DNA of 61,649 nt, filler included, from Hausera hauseri (Eukaryota), in assembly GCA_046269625.1 (NCBI GenBank). It is 12 parts of 12 records of this genome, joined end to end, with 100 filler letters (N's around TTAATTAATTAA, not from the genome) between each part and the next. Parts side by side here need not be neighbours in the genome. Positions count along the whole stretch, not along the records: positions 10,950 to 16,090 come from JBJURY010323717.1; positions 16,191 to 21,490 come from JBJURY010285947.1; positions 21,591 to 26,577 come from JBJURY010369593.1; 9 more parts are not named here. One strand, 5' to 3'. Positions 12,950-26,677 of this stretch are shown piece by piece. Numbering within the stretch: position 1 is the stretch's first letter; every line of letters starts with the position of its first letter. Made by a program: the position numbers and the translations under genes. The notes beneath the pieces were generated by a model. It made no database searches and was not told the DNA's origin. It saw nothing but the letters and a program-made list of their open reading frames with translations.

Positions 12950-15900
12950 GGTGGTGCTTGTTCCAATTTACGTTCTTTAGCTACTGGTCTGCATCGCTGC
13001 GCGCTCATCTAAGAGGTTTTATTAGGGTTGGATAGAATCTGAAGTTCTAAACTTGATTCAGTTATTTGTAGTATTTTGTATGGTACTTTATAAGATCATT
13101 TCAATTTTGGGTTTTGCCTGGTTTGCAGGTTTCATCCAGTATGTTGACTAAGTCTCCAATTCAATATACATGGGGTTTTGCCTTGTTATTATATTGATTT
13201 TTATAATTTTCTTGGTGGTATTTAATTTTTAGTCCAGCTATTATCCACGTTTCCCGCATTCTTTCCTGTAGAATTATTGCATAATGAGGCTCTTCCATCA
13301 GTTCTAATTGTGGCAGTCTATATTCCAGATCGATTGGCATAATATCTCGTCTACCATACAATAAAAAGAATGGCAATTCTCCAGTTGTTGTATGAGGGCT
13401 TTGTCTATAGGCATATACACAATGTTTTATATAAAGGTCCCAATCAGCTGGATGAACATATGAGTAGCTAGAAATTAAAATTGGGAATTGTTCATTAAAG
13501 GCTTCAACCGCGCCATTAGCTTGAGGATGATAGGGTGAGGTAAATTTATGGTTAACTCCTAATATTGCTGGTACTTTGTCCATAAGTTCGCTGCAAAAAT
13601 TGTTTCCACTGTCGGATATCATTGTTATTGGTACTCCATATCTTCTGGCCATAAAGTATGTGGTTTGATTTGCCATTGGCATTGCTATCGGAAATTTTGA
13701 GTGGTAGTCTATTGCTGTAAGTACACACGTATTTCCTCTGGCAGTAGTTGGTAACGGTCCTACTACGTCTACACCTATGCAAACGAATGGTGATGCAAGA
13801 ATTGGTATTATTTTTAGTGCTGTTTTTTTGCTTGAAAATTTCATCTTCTTTTTGAGCATACTTGAAAATTTGTACTCCAATATTTTACGTCATCTGCTCT
13901 CTTCGGTCAATAATATTTTTGCTTAAGTCTGCCTAGTGTACCTTTATAACCTCGGTGCCCATCGAGTTATCCGTCATTGTAGTGTAGTAAATTTTTAGCG
14001 CTCATGTATTTTGGTACAAGCATGAGTAAGTCTTCGCTCTCTTGATGGTAGATATTTCCCCTGTCCATTTTATATTTATTTTTGCACCCTTCTTTGTTTA
14101 TACTATTACAGATTTTACGCATTTCTTCGTCCTTTGCTTGTTCTTTGGCTATGGCTTCGTGCGTAATTGGTATGGTCAGAAATTTGTGCATCTCTTCGTT
14201 GACTTCTGCATTATCTACTTCGTCTACCAAGGTCTGAATTAGTTCGATCATTTTATAATATTCATATAGAATGTCTTTAACAAACGGATCTTTATACTCA
14301 CTCTGTTTTGTACTTCGTTGGTTATCTTTATTCACTGTTTGGATCATCATACTTATTAGTTGGTCTGTATCCTTGATGAGTTTTCTTCGTGCTGCTGTGG
14401 GTAAATCTGGGTGACTTTTTCACGAATAATATTCTTTTAAGTCTTACGTGTCGTTGTAATCGGGATTAATGTGATCGTTATAATCTTAATCGATGTCATT
14501 TTCTTGAAGTCTTGATAAGAAATCTACATTCGCATTTGCTTTCTCTTGTCGGTATTTTATTGAGGTTTCTAAGTCTTGAATTACCGCAGCCCATTTCATT
14601 CACTTTCGGCTGGTATCTTGTTGTTTCATTAACAATTGTAATAATTTTGATCAGTGTATAGGACTATTTCTCATTCGGTTATGTAGTATCTAAACTATCG
14701 TAATGCATATACTATTGCATAGCATTCACACTCATTTTTTTGACCATCTGCGTTGTGTTTCGCTTAGTGCTTTACTAAGACATGCTATTATTTCTTCACG
14801 TGGTCTGTCGAGGACAGATTGTCCTAGTTCTGCTCCAATAGCATAACCGCTGACATTTGTCGTAATTATATGTGGGTATTTAGGGTCAAGAAATTGCAGT
14901 ATTGGTGGTAAAGTTAAGACTTGTTTTAGAACCTCAAATGCTCGTTGGTGTGATTCTTCAAAATTCAACGTGGTTTCTTTCTTGTTTAATGCTACTAGTG
15001 GTTTAACTATACTTGCAAAGTTGTATACAAATTTCCTATAGTAGTTAGCCAATCCTAGTAGTCTTTGTAATTCCTTAAGACATTTGGGTGGTTTTAATTT
15101 CTTCAGTTTTTCTACGTTTCTTGGATCAGGTTAAATTCCTTTGCTTGAAACAATGTGTCCACGAAAAGTTAAGATATTTTTGTCTAATTCACATTTTCAG
15201 GTAGGCCTGCTTCAGCCTGTCAAATACTTGTGATATATCTTTTAAATGTTGCTCAAAATTTTCTGAGAATATTATTACATTGTCTATGTACACCATACAA
15301 CAAGTTACTCCTTGTAGTACGATATTCATACATCTTTGAAATGTTTCGGGTCCTCCCATTAAACCAAAAGGCGTGGCTTTAAATTTCCCTAATCCAGTTC
15401 TGGTAGAAAAGGCTGTCTTTTGCTTATTTTCTTCGGCGACTTCAACTTGCCAAAATCCGCATTGTAAATCCAAGGTGTTGAATATTGCATCATTTCTTAA
15501 TGCTGTGCGCATTTCATCTAATTTTGGTAATGGGTAATTATCCTTCTTAGTGACATTATTTACTGCTCTAAAATCTACACAGAATCATTGTGATCCGTCT
15601 TTCTTCTGCACTAATACTTCTGGAGGTGTCCATGGTAAAAAACGTGGTCTGATAATACCATGTTCAACCATTTGTGCTATTTGCCTACCACGTTCTTCCT
15701 TTTTAACTTGGGCCATTTTATGCTGATTTTATTTGATGGGGTAGATGTTTTCCGTGATTGTATGGTTTTGAATAACGTTAGTTCTACCGATGTCATTATA
15801 ATTTATAGCTATAATGTCTCGATATTTATGGAACAATTGCAATAATTTTTTCAGTTCATATTGACTTAAGTCACCGTCTTTGAATGGAATATTTTACTTT

Positions 15901-16090
15901 TCAACTACGAATGTCGCTGCGCATACCTTGATTGGTTGCAGTTGTCCTAAGTTGATGTTTTATCGTAATCTGATTGCCTTTTATTGATGTTTTCTATTGG
16001 CAGTTCCCAACATTTACTCCATTTGATACGAATAAAGGATATTGCTAGATTTTGTATTTTTCATTATTGAATAAGTTTCGTTCAAACATG
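12950..16090 (-). mobile_element. Decayed Ty3/Gypsy pol (RT, RNase H, integrase)
   Basis: FCVDFRAVN, YPLPKLDE, FNTLDLQCGFWQV, KTAF, PFGL, VYIDNVIIFS, ANYYRKFV, GVDVVGPLP, SPYHPQANGAVE. Confidence 0.95.
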
Positions 16091-16190
16091 NNNNNNNNNN
16101 NNNNNNNNNNNNNNNNNNNNNNNNNNNNNNNNNNTTAATTAATTAANNNNNNNNNNNNNNNNNNNNNNNNNNNNNNNNNNNNNNNNNNNN
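16091..16190. other. Artificial contig spacer
   Basis: 44 N + TTAATTAATTAA + 44 N. Confidence 0.98.
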
Positions 16191-17779
16191 GATATCTCGA
16201 AATAAAAGTTTTAAATTTTTTGAACGTTTGAAAATAAATTTTTGGAATTGCAGATGAATTTTATTTTTACATATTTCTACGAAAAAAAAGAAAAAAATTT
16301 TACGTTACCGGTCGTAACAAATTGGGCAAAATTCATTTTACATAACGATAAAGGGACGTGGTTGGTGCATCGGAATGTACTAAACGCTATTTCCATGCAC
16401 CAACAAAAGGCGGTGATAAATTTGATATTTTCTGTAGTTGCTAATTATTCTAAAGGTGCGGTACATGGTATACGATTGCAAACTAACTACTACACACCCT
16501 TCTCTTCTTCCTCGATAATATTGATTTCAGTTTTGTCATCGCCACATTCACTGTGTTGGCAATCTTCGCAGCAGTCCTCGAACAATTCAGTATCTTCAAT
16601 TTTATTAGCTGCATCCAATTGGATACATGTATATTCTGTAACACCTTCAAAGCATGCATCATCCCCTTTGCTCATATCAGTTATTGGATTATTTTCCATT
16701 ATGTAGGCCATGTTCTATATTTAGCACCTGTTTATACACCCAATGTAACACACTTTTGTCTTAATGCATCATTAAAAGCACGTGGACGCCAAATTTGATC
16801 AAGTTTTCGACCACGGGAAATCGAACGGCGTCGTTAGATTCTTCGAATAATTCATGCTTGACCGAAAATTTGAGTACGAATAGCCAAATATTCGACTTGA
16901 AAGATCGAATTCAAATATCTAACATCATATTCCGATTCGACACATATGCTTTCCCATCTGTATCCGCTATTAAATTTATTGATTTCCGCTTCACTGTGCT
17001 TTAAATGCACATTTTTCTTAATTCGAAATATTGATTTTGTACCTACATAGCACATTTTCATTAAATAACTTTAATGTATAGGGATGTTTTCGAATATTAG
17101 GAATCGATTTCTGTTGTTAGATTTTTCGAAAAGTTCGATATTTGAGTTCGAAAATATTCGAATTTCGAATATCTGACTTGAGATTTGAGATCACCATATT
17201 CAATTTCCCATCTGTCCTAGCTAATTATATTATCGAATTTTGACTCCTTAGGACCTAAAAAACCTATGGGAAATCTGTCTCAGTTGCATTTTGGATCGAT
17301 ATTATTCAAAATCGACTTGACTGATTTAAATTCCAATTGCACAGTGTTTCCTATCGACTCCACGCGGTCACATGTCCTAATCATCAATATTGGAATTATC
17401 GGAAAACCAATATTATTGATTTTGTACACTTGCACATGTGCAGCACACCTGCACAGTGCATTCAGCGATGTGCAGTAATGTGCACTATTGACTAGCACTT
17501 TGTCCCTATCGATTCGATTAATTGTGAAATGTACAGCGATTGATTTGTGAAATGAGGAAAAATGTGCATAGCGACGGTGCGTAGTGGAACCGTCGCTTAA
17601 CACACTACCGATCGATAGTGCACAGTGTGCATTATCAATTGGAATATGTGCAGAATTGATTTATAGTTTACCCCTCCCCTCGGTGTAGGACAGAACATAC
17701 ATTTCCCCCTACGCATTTTTACAATCCATCCCCAGCCATCTTCTTATTTTTATTTTGTTCATTTTAGCAAATTGATCTA

Positions 17780-18900
17780 AACATGTCAATGTACATTTTT
17801 TCAGTTCACCAGAAACAAACTGATCCCAATCAGTTTCATTTCACCACATCTCTTGTAGTAAACATTTGCTTACTATTGTAACAGTACTTGCTGAACCTAA
17901 AGGATCAAATATTTTTGCCAAAGCGCTTAGAATATTTTTTTTGGTTAATTCACTTTTGCGACTTCCCCTGCCATCGAAAGTTAAACAATCTTCTTTTATA
18001 TTCCATTTAAGTCTTAAGGCTTTTGATGTGCAGGTAACATCACTTTTAAAAATATATTCCTTTGCCTTTTCGCTTTCTGCTATCACATGATATAATCGTT
18101 CTGAATTTGACAAACATTTATGGGTTTTCATTTTTGCAGTGTCCAAAATTTCCTGTAGCTAGTGGTATAATTCAGTAGCTTCACTTTCTGCTTCAACAGA
18201 ATCGATACAGTCATCCATGTATGTTGACTGTCTGATAGTCTTAACTGCTCGTGGATAGTGGTTTTCAAATGTATCCTCATTAACTTCACTCACAAGTTGT
18301 GCTAAGAATGGTAAAGCGTTTAAACCAAATACAAGTCTTGTGAACTGATATATTTTGGTCTTACTATTTCTTCTTTATAAGAATTTCACAAATTTTCTAA
18401 TGTCTAGTGAGATGCTAATTTGTAAAAACATTTCGGCTATGTCGCAAATTAGCACAAATACATTCATTTTCATACGAATTAAGATATTTAGTAAATCATG
18501 CTGTAATTTCGGTGCTGGGTACAGATCATTCAAATTTTTCCTTTTCACTTTTGCAGCTGCATCGAAAACAATTTTGACTTTGGTGGTAGATCTATCTGCT
18601 TTCAAAACAGGAAAGTGTGGTAGCATCCATTGATTTGTTTGTCCAACGAGTTTCACATATCTTTTCTTAATGTGGTCTTCAATTATTTGTCCATAAGCTA
18701 TTTTACTGAACTATTTGAATTTAATTTTTTTAACATATTCGAGTCTTTTCTCTGCCATATGTCTGGATTCTGGTACACTTTCCATTTTACTTTTCAAAGG
18801 TAGACAATTTTCGTATCTTCTGTATTCGGACTTCTTTATTTTATTTTTCGTAATGTGAAATATTTCTCTGTCCAACTTTGACCAACGTTCTTTTTCCTCA
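17780..18900 (-). mobile_element. Decayed BEL/Pao RT and Peptidase_A17-region fragment
   Basis: LPHFPVLKADRSTTKVKIVFDAAAK, CDIAEMFLQI, YMDDCIDS, LTKKNILSALAKIFDPLG. Confidence 0.92.
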
Positions 18901-19641
18901 GCAAAATTTTCTTTATTTGAAAACCTTTCATTTAAATATAGTATAACTGTTTACTTAACATTGCACATTTCTTCATGTCTCCCCCAATACGTCTAAATAT
19001 TCTGAACTTTTATGGTATTTTTATCGAGATAATGATCTTTTAATATTAGATTTATAATATTTTCTGGAAATATTGTCAAACTTAAATTTACTCTTCTATA
19101 CACAGGAGTAACCACAGAATACAGGCTGAATATTCGATGGATATTTTTTATACCGGAAGAACCAAACACTATAAATCGAATATTAGAAGAATATTAGTTC
19201 GAGAAAGTTCAAAATTCCTAAACATAGTGAGGGACATTTGAACAAGTACGAAATGTTGTTACATTTAAAGGCTCCAAATAAGTTATTTTCGCTTCCTCGG
19301 CAAAACTTTTTTTTCATATTATTAATCAGCATTATATTTTGTATGTCTCTGTGATCATTTGTTATAAAAATGACCCATATTTACAGTAAAATCCCTCATT
19401 TATGTTACTTGTACAATATTCCCCACCTTCATTGAATTATAAATTTTAACAAATTCCACAAAATAAATGTTCAACAATTTTCTCAACATTATGATTTACA
19501 CATCTCTCTGATTATTTGTTATAAAAACCCTAGATTTAGAGTGATATTAATCATCTGACTCTAATAGATACAAATAAATAAACAAACAATAAATTACAAT
19601 TTAGAACTGTATCAACTTAACTATTGGATTTAGCGTCATAT

Positions 19642-19680
19642 TAGGGTGACCACACATGCGATACTTTAAAAGCGTGAAAT
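19642..19680 (+). repeat. Possible hAT-type terminal inverted repeat (unpaired)
   Basis: TAGGGTGACCA terminus typical of hAT elements/MITEs; partner end not seen in this contig. Confidence 0.35.
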
Positions 19681-21490
19681 GCGTTCGATAAAACTGCTAT
19701 AATTTTATTGCCGTCGATTTCGAAAAATGAGATGTTTTCTGTCATGTTGCCAAAATTACTAAAATGCCTTTAATTTTATTTTTCTGCAGTTTTTGCTTTA
19801 ATAAATTTAGTTAAATAAATTAAACATAAACAGATCAAATCGAACACGCTATCATATGAATATCACTGGTACCAAGTCGTGGACGAAACGAACAATTTCA
19901 TGTCAATTGTTAAACTATTGTGTACCGAACCTAGTTCCCGTCAAATTTGCGTGAAACTTATATGTTTGACTTGTAATTAGAACTCCATCATAGAACGTGA
20001 CCTATTTTCTCACCAATTGTAAGTTCATTGCCACCCACAGACAGCGTTGGTCTCGTTCCACCGTTTAACTCTGACATCGGATGCCAGTTGATTCAATTTT
20101 CCCACAAAACTTTTGTTTCATCGATAATTGTGCAGATAGTAACCTTCCTAATTTGTTTGGCATCGAGAATTTGGCTGTTTCTTTAACATTCCATAACTCA
20201 TTTTCAAACCATCCAAATATAGTCGAGTTTTATATAATGTTCATAAATTCTAATACGATACAGTACATGTAACTATCAATGAAGGTTCACGATATGTTGT
20301 TGCCAGAATCTGATGTTTTCAAAACTCATTTACATGCAAAGTCATACGGGTATAGGAATCGTCATTTTGGAAAATTGTAAATTTTAAATTAGACAATTTT
20401 GAGTTTCCATGGAATCAATCGAATATTACGAAAAATAATTGGAGAATTTATAGATGATAATTTATATATGCTTAGTAGTTGTATGCGTATTAGAGAATAA
20501 ATAATAAATGCAGAAAAGTTTGGCAATAAAGGAAAAGGAATATAAATTTAAAGGTCTAAAATTATTCAAACTAAGAAGAAACTTCGTTTATTACTTTCTT
20601 ATAAACTATTTAAGCTCTCTGTATTCTTATGGTGCGATTTATGCTGTTTTACTTTTCTCTTTCAGTTGAAAGAAATTTGTACAGATGACTACCAAAAAGT
20701 GGGAAGTATTTTGTTGAACCCTTTAATTAAAACTGTGTATCAAATTCCATAAAAGAAATGTTCAACAATTTTCTCATATTATTAATCATCGTCATATTTT
20801 TGTATGTCTTTGATTACATGTTTTAAACATCTATATTTACAGTACAAATCGTTTCCATGTGAGAAATTTAAAGCAGTTCGATTTTGATTGTTACATAATT
20901 TTAAGCACGAAAATGTCTCTGCATTAGGCCGCTTTTCGCAAAATGTCGTATGTTAGCATGTTAAATGTTCTTATCAACTTCCATACGAATTGATATAGTT
21001 GTTGAATGTATACAATAAACATCATACCTCCGGAAAAATCTCACGCATGGATAACACGTGTTTAACGTTATTTTCTATTAACGTTATTATTTTTAACGTG
21101 ATTGTATATAACATGAACTCATCAGAAACTTTATTTGTTCATATGAATATATTGATCATCCGTAGTATACTACACTTATAATCAAAGTCTTATTGCAGCA
21201 GCTGTTAAATTACACAAATGAAACTGATCAAAGTGTTCATGATAAATTGAAATTGCATTTCAAATGTAAATCAATTTGCGACAACTGGTTTCCGTCATCA
21301 TTATCATCATCGTTATCATCATCATTATTGAAAACGTTTAAAAGTTGGATGGATGATGTCAAAATAAATCGATCGGATTTTTATTACGACTATTCCTTTC
21401 ACACCAAATCAATTAACTACGTATTTCCATACAATAACAAGAACAACAACAATACCACAAGTAATAGTGACATTCTCCATGTTAACAGAA

Positions 21491-21590
21491 NNNNNNNNNN
21501 NNNNNNNNNNNNNNNNNNNNNNNNNNNNNNNNNNTTAATTAATTAANNNNNNNNNNNNNNNNNNNNNNNNNNNNNNNNNNNNNNNNNNNN
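21491..21590. other. Artificial contig spacer
   Basis: 44 N + TTAATTAATTAA + 44 N. Confidence 0.98.
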
Positions 21591-22900
21591 AATCTACAAG
21601 GAGGTTATGGAAAGATAAGAAATCAGATCCAAGTATTGGAGATTGTGTGTCGGCAACGATGTATGTCCAATTGAAAATGTCGGAGAATGGTGGTAACATG
21701 AATGAAACTTTGGACGTTCCGAAAATGCGTAAAGCTTGGCCGTTAGCCATGTATAATTTAGTGTTAGACGGTGAGATTAATGGTGTTTTGATAGATGGTG
21801 GTAACAAAAAAACGGCAGCCCCAGAGTCAATTATGAAGTTGATAAGTTGATTGGGCTTGGATGTTAAAGAAGCTTTTAGTGTAAAAACGGCATAAGTACG
21901 GCTATTAGATTGCAAACGTTTGCCTATGCCAGTATGCGCCGATACATCTGGCGGCTTTGACAGTTTTTTGGATAGTAGGATTCGGAGAGTCGGGAGAATT
22001 ACTATGGAATTGGTTAAGTCGACTGGAAAACGTGCAACCGTTGATTCAATTTTGGGCTTTATTGCTGAACCTATTATGATAAAACCATATCATATTTTTG
22101 GAAAGCTGGTGTAAAGAATTTGCACCCCAAACATTATTTACTGGATTGGTTCTTGAATTTAGTGTGATAATAGCACACCATAGGTCAAAAAGGGGACCTA
22201 GCGGATACAGAATTGTGCGATGAAGAGCGGCTATGATTATGTGTGAATCAATATCGTCGCGGAATGGATAAATTGTCTAGTTTAAAAGTCAGAGCAGAAA
22301 TGGCTTGGGGTATTGCCATGTTTTCATACCGGAGAGCATTTATTTGGTTATTCAGCGCTAAGATTTTAGCATTGGGTGGTGTTAGAGACGATTGTAATGT
22401 GGCTGCGACAATAGGAGTATGGTGTGTATTTAGTATGTCGTAGCTTTTATCAGGCAGTTGTGCTAACTTTTCTAACGTAGCGGTATCTTCAACTACGGTT
22501 AGTAAAGCGCGTATTTCTTTCGGTAATGATTGAAGGAAATATTTGCGCAAAGTCGGCATTGTTGGTCTGGTTTACTCCCAACTTGCTTAATTGAGTCAAA
22601 GATGTTTGTAAAAATTCGGAGGATTTTAGTGTGCCTATGGTGTTTTCATTGAAATATTTCTGGGTAACGTTATCCACAGAAGACTCGGTGAGTTTAAGGA
22701 CGGCATTGAATAGTGTTTCGTATGGGTCTAAAGTCTGAAAAACTTCGGAAAAATTTGGTAGTAGCGATTTAAGGTTGGCTGGTAAAAGTATTAATAGGCT
22801 ATTGGCCTTGAAGAAAGGGTCAGTGATCTTATTCGTTTTAGCCATTGTGCATGGAATTCCAGCCATGTACGGCTGGAATGTTGTTTGTCTGTGAAATAGT
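21591..22900 (-). mobile_element. Ty3/Gypsy gag-protease fragment (same family as 33740-36910)
   Basis: FLQSLPKEIRALL...LEKLAQL; FIIDSGAAVFLLP...PILGSDFL; closely similar to 33830-35130. Confidence 0.9.
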
Positions 22901-23383
22901 CGACGCTAAGGAAATTGACTAAAGAGGATGCTGCAGGTAGAACTACAGGAGACTGCTTTAGAGGGACGTGTATGGTAGGAATATAGGTGAATTCCTGAGG
23001 GTCATTTAATGCAGATTTGGTGTCGGAACCACCAAATAGGCGTGGACATAAAGTTATTTTTAGTGGTGAAAGTGGGGGTAGGAAGGATAATATTAAGTCG
23101 GAATAATGGAGATGGTATCAGTTTATGCTTATTGTGTAGCCTTTTAAGTTGATACGATAAGCCAAATCTACGAACAAATCTGCTACTGTTGCTTTAATAT
23201 GTATGTGGTGTGTGGATGTTTGTTTTCAAAGAAAAGATGGATAAAGAAAAAGATATGTCTCATTTTAGGGGTATAATGCGTCACCGGGGACACGGTCGTA
23301 AACAAAATCCCTGCGTTGTAACTGTTGATCTGCTTAATCAGGGTGGTTGACGGTAGAAATGGCGTTCTGCGCCTCCGGTATGG

Positions 23384-25550
23384 TTAACGTTTGACTGCAT
23401 CTAGTTTTTTAAAGTCCCTTAGGCATAAAGTAGAAGGGTTATGACGACCGATCTCAATTTCAACAACAGGATTATACATAATTTTGGGACCGTCAATTAT
23501 GGCCTTGGTTAGTATGATTAAACAGCAATGTAACAAATTCACCGACCTTTTTTTAGTCCTTGGTCCATAACGGCTGTAGAACACGGGATCGTTAGAGGGC
23601 TCTGCCTTGTGAAAAAACTGAGCAAACGCCACCATTTCGAAAACACCGCCGACGAGAACCAGTGTTCTGCAACATTACGTTACGAGCGATGAACATGGCA
23701 TCATTCAAATTGCCATATTGAAGACAATCAGTATAGAATGATGTAACCGTGATGTGGTCCATCTTTTGGTCTATTATCAGAAAATGACCACTGCCCGTGT
23801 CAATAGCAATATATCTCTGACAATTCCAAATAACCGGAGACATAATTCTTGTAGCTTGAATGGGTTCGACAATTTTCAATGATTCGTCGTGATTATTCGG
23901 ATTGATTTCTAAACCGAAATTAGTACTCATGGACAACGATCTTATTAAAGATATTCGGTATAGTGTATAGGTCGATGCGATGGCCAATTGAAGGTGTTTG
24001 TTCATCACTGATTCATCGAGTATTTCATTAAGTAAAGCTCGTGGATTTAACAAGTATTTGTCGAAAATTTGCTGATCTCCGAAATGTTTCAAACTGACTT
24101 CTCTAATGACGGAGTCATCAAAGATCAATTCCCTTGTCAAATGACGCAATTTATCGTAAATACTGTTCGACATTTGAGCTGTTCGATGTTTGGTCTCATC
24201 GAGAAAATTTTTGGGTATAATATCGGTGATTTTTCGCGATGAGATTTTCAGGCAACTCTTGGACAAATTCACCATTTTAACATTTTAAAAGAAAGGAAAT
24301 TTTTGATAAAATCGAACATCATGCCACATTCGGTATCAGTGCTCAATTGAAAATACTCAGTCATCGGTAGTATATTGATGATGGAATGATTCCAAAAATG
24401 TTTCATTTAACAAACTCCTTAAATTCATCCAATCGTTGTCCTGTTCAGTGTGAACTTCGATCTTTTGGATTTTCAATGACCGATTCTGTCTAACATTTAA
24501 CTCATAATCCAACAGTTCGTTCAAACTTTCTTCCACAATAAGGCATATTACTGAATTGGATAATGTATTAAAACAATTTCGTATAGTTTGATGGATTTCT
24601 TTCTTTGCTTCGTCCAGAAACTCTCTTAACACATTCATACAACTTTTCTTTGTAAAATTCGTAACGAACTTCTTATAAGTATTCGTAAACTTGACCGCTT
24701 CACTGGAAATGAAATCCCGAACAGAGTCCAATAAAAACCTATCCGACATCTCGTCGGTATTGCTAAACGAGACATCTTCATGCAGTCCATCATCTTCCGC
24801 AATGAAAATCTCGATCATATCTCTAGCAATCATACATTCTTGACTTGTATGTAAAATTTTCCCATCCTCATTATCGATAATTTTCTTTTCGGCAAATTTC
24901 GCCAGTTTCGCGAACATTTCGTTTTTGCGTTTTTTATAAAGCAAAAATTTCTTGTAGTCAATGGAAACGGTAGCTGACATATCTGAAATAAGCATTGAAT
25001 CTTCAATCGTTTTATCCGCTACATTGCTGGACTCGGTGTTTCGTTTAATTGAACGATTGTTACTTTTTTTTTTGACTTGCGTTTCCCAATGAATAATTGA
25101 CTTTCTTAATTTTCTTTAATAATAAATCCACATCGGTTATTAAAATGTGCCGAATTTCGCCATTGAACAACATGATCAATTCGTTTTCATCCATAAAAGA
25201 ATTGCTAACTTCTGGTAACAACGACAAATTATATGAATTTCCCTTACTGTTCAAAATATCAGTCGTTGACCGTTCTTCTTTCGAATCTTCACAATGCATT
25301 TCGGAACTGTTCTCACTGACAAAATCGTTTATTGAAAAGTGTTCAAGAAGTTTGATTTCATTCAGACTACGTATACAAACCGAGGCGATCTGGTTTCGAA
25401 AGTGTTTGCTAAAATAGTAAGATGAAAGCAGTTCCTCTAAATTCAGCCGAATTTCGTTGTTACTTAATCTTTGATTCTCAACCGATGAAATCGGAACTCC
25501 GGGCCCAAGTTCTTTGACAATTTTATGTAAAATTATTTCAAAGCGTCTAT
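23384..25550 (-). pseudogene. Long intronless unknown ORF (~700 aa) with frameshifts, 5' end cut by BEL LTR
   Basis: Frame is open from the LTR edge (25550) into 25060-25299; the T10 run at 25064-25073 shifts into 24357-24995; further shifts lead to 23592-24275 and 23384-23635. Confidence 0.55.
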
Positions 25551-25811
25551 TGTCATCTCTCAGTCATCTAAACCCTGCCAGGGATCATTCAATCTTTATT
25601 TTTCATACACATCCGACCAACATTTTATACATTCTATACAACCCTTATTTTATACAAATTCTCATACACAACATTATCAACATGTGAACACACATACATA
25701 CATATATATACTTTTATACATATATACACCATATAACTTTACCATTTACCCTCTATAACTCTTCCGTTGGGGTTTGACCGGATTCCCCAACCAGTCGATC
25801 TGGTTCTAACA
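25551..25811 (-). repeat. BEL/Pao 3' LTR (TGTTA...TGACA)
   Basis: Purine tract AAGGAGGGGGGAAA (25825-25812) immediately before TGTTAG; ends TGACA; contains AATAAA. Confidence 0.75.
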
Positions 25812-26577
25812 TTTCCCCCCTCCTTGGGGCAATCCGATCCTTATAGATATCATAATCCACCCATTCATCTAACTTTTCATTGATTCGGCACATCTTATTC
25901 ACGGGTTTTATCATCAACTCTGTCCCAATCTTTAGTTCAGCCACACGTACCTTCCCATCTGTTCCTGGGAATATTCTCGTTACTTTTCCTACTTGCCAAT
26001 GTCCTCTTTTACTGTTTTCGTCTAATAGCCACACCTCGTCACCAACCGCTAGGCTTCCACTATCAGAATTCCATTTTGTTCTATCTCTCCATCTTGATAA
26101 TAATTCTTTTCGCCACCTCACCCAGTATTGATCCGTTAAACTTTGTATATACCTCCATCGTTTGTCGATTTGTCCTTTTTTTGTTCCTGTTAAACTAACG
26201 TCCATCTCTCCTTGATACCCCGCTATTATAAAATGATTAGGTGACAATAGGGTGTCATCCTTATCATCCCCTGATGGTGCAGTCAATGGTCTAGAGTTTA
26301 GGATCGCTTCCACTCCAACCAATGCCGTGTTCAACTCTTCGTCATTAACCTCTGCACTTGATAATACTTTATGCAGTGCCCTTTTGGTGGCCTTTATCAT
26401 TATTTCGAATACTCCACCAAAATGTGGGGTTGAAGGCGGATTAAATATCCATTTTATTTCCCCTTGACCTAACTCTTGCTTTAGTCTGTATGAATCGACC
26501 CGTATTTCCACAAGTTCTTTGTTGGCGCCTACAAAGTTGGTCCCGTTGTCTGTCACTACTATAGATGGTCTTCCTCG
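25812..26577 (-). mobile_element. BEL/Pao integrase plus DUF5641-type C-terminus
   Basis: TDNGTNFVGA, WIFNPPSTPHFGGVFE, VEAILNSRPLT, SPNHFI, YWVRWRKE, FPGTDGKVRVAEL. Confidence 0.96.
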
Positions 26578-26677
26578 NNNNNNNNNNNNNNNNNNNNNNN
26601 NNNNNNNNNNNNNNNNNNNNNTTAATTAATTAANNNNNNNNNNNNNNNNNNNNNNNNNNNNNNNNNNNNNNNNNNNN
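26578..26677. other. Artificial contig spacer
   Basis: 44 N + TTAATTAATTAA + 44 N. Confidence 0.98.

Noticed and set aside
16242-17650. Short ORFs, including the acidic 73-aa ORF, and TTCGA/TGTGCA-rich motifs
   Set aside because: No recognisable domain or defined repeat unit; likely decayed non-autonomous repeat DNA.
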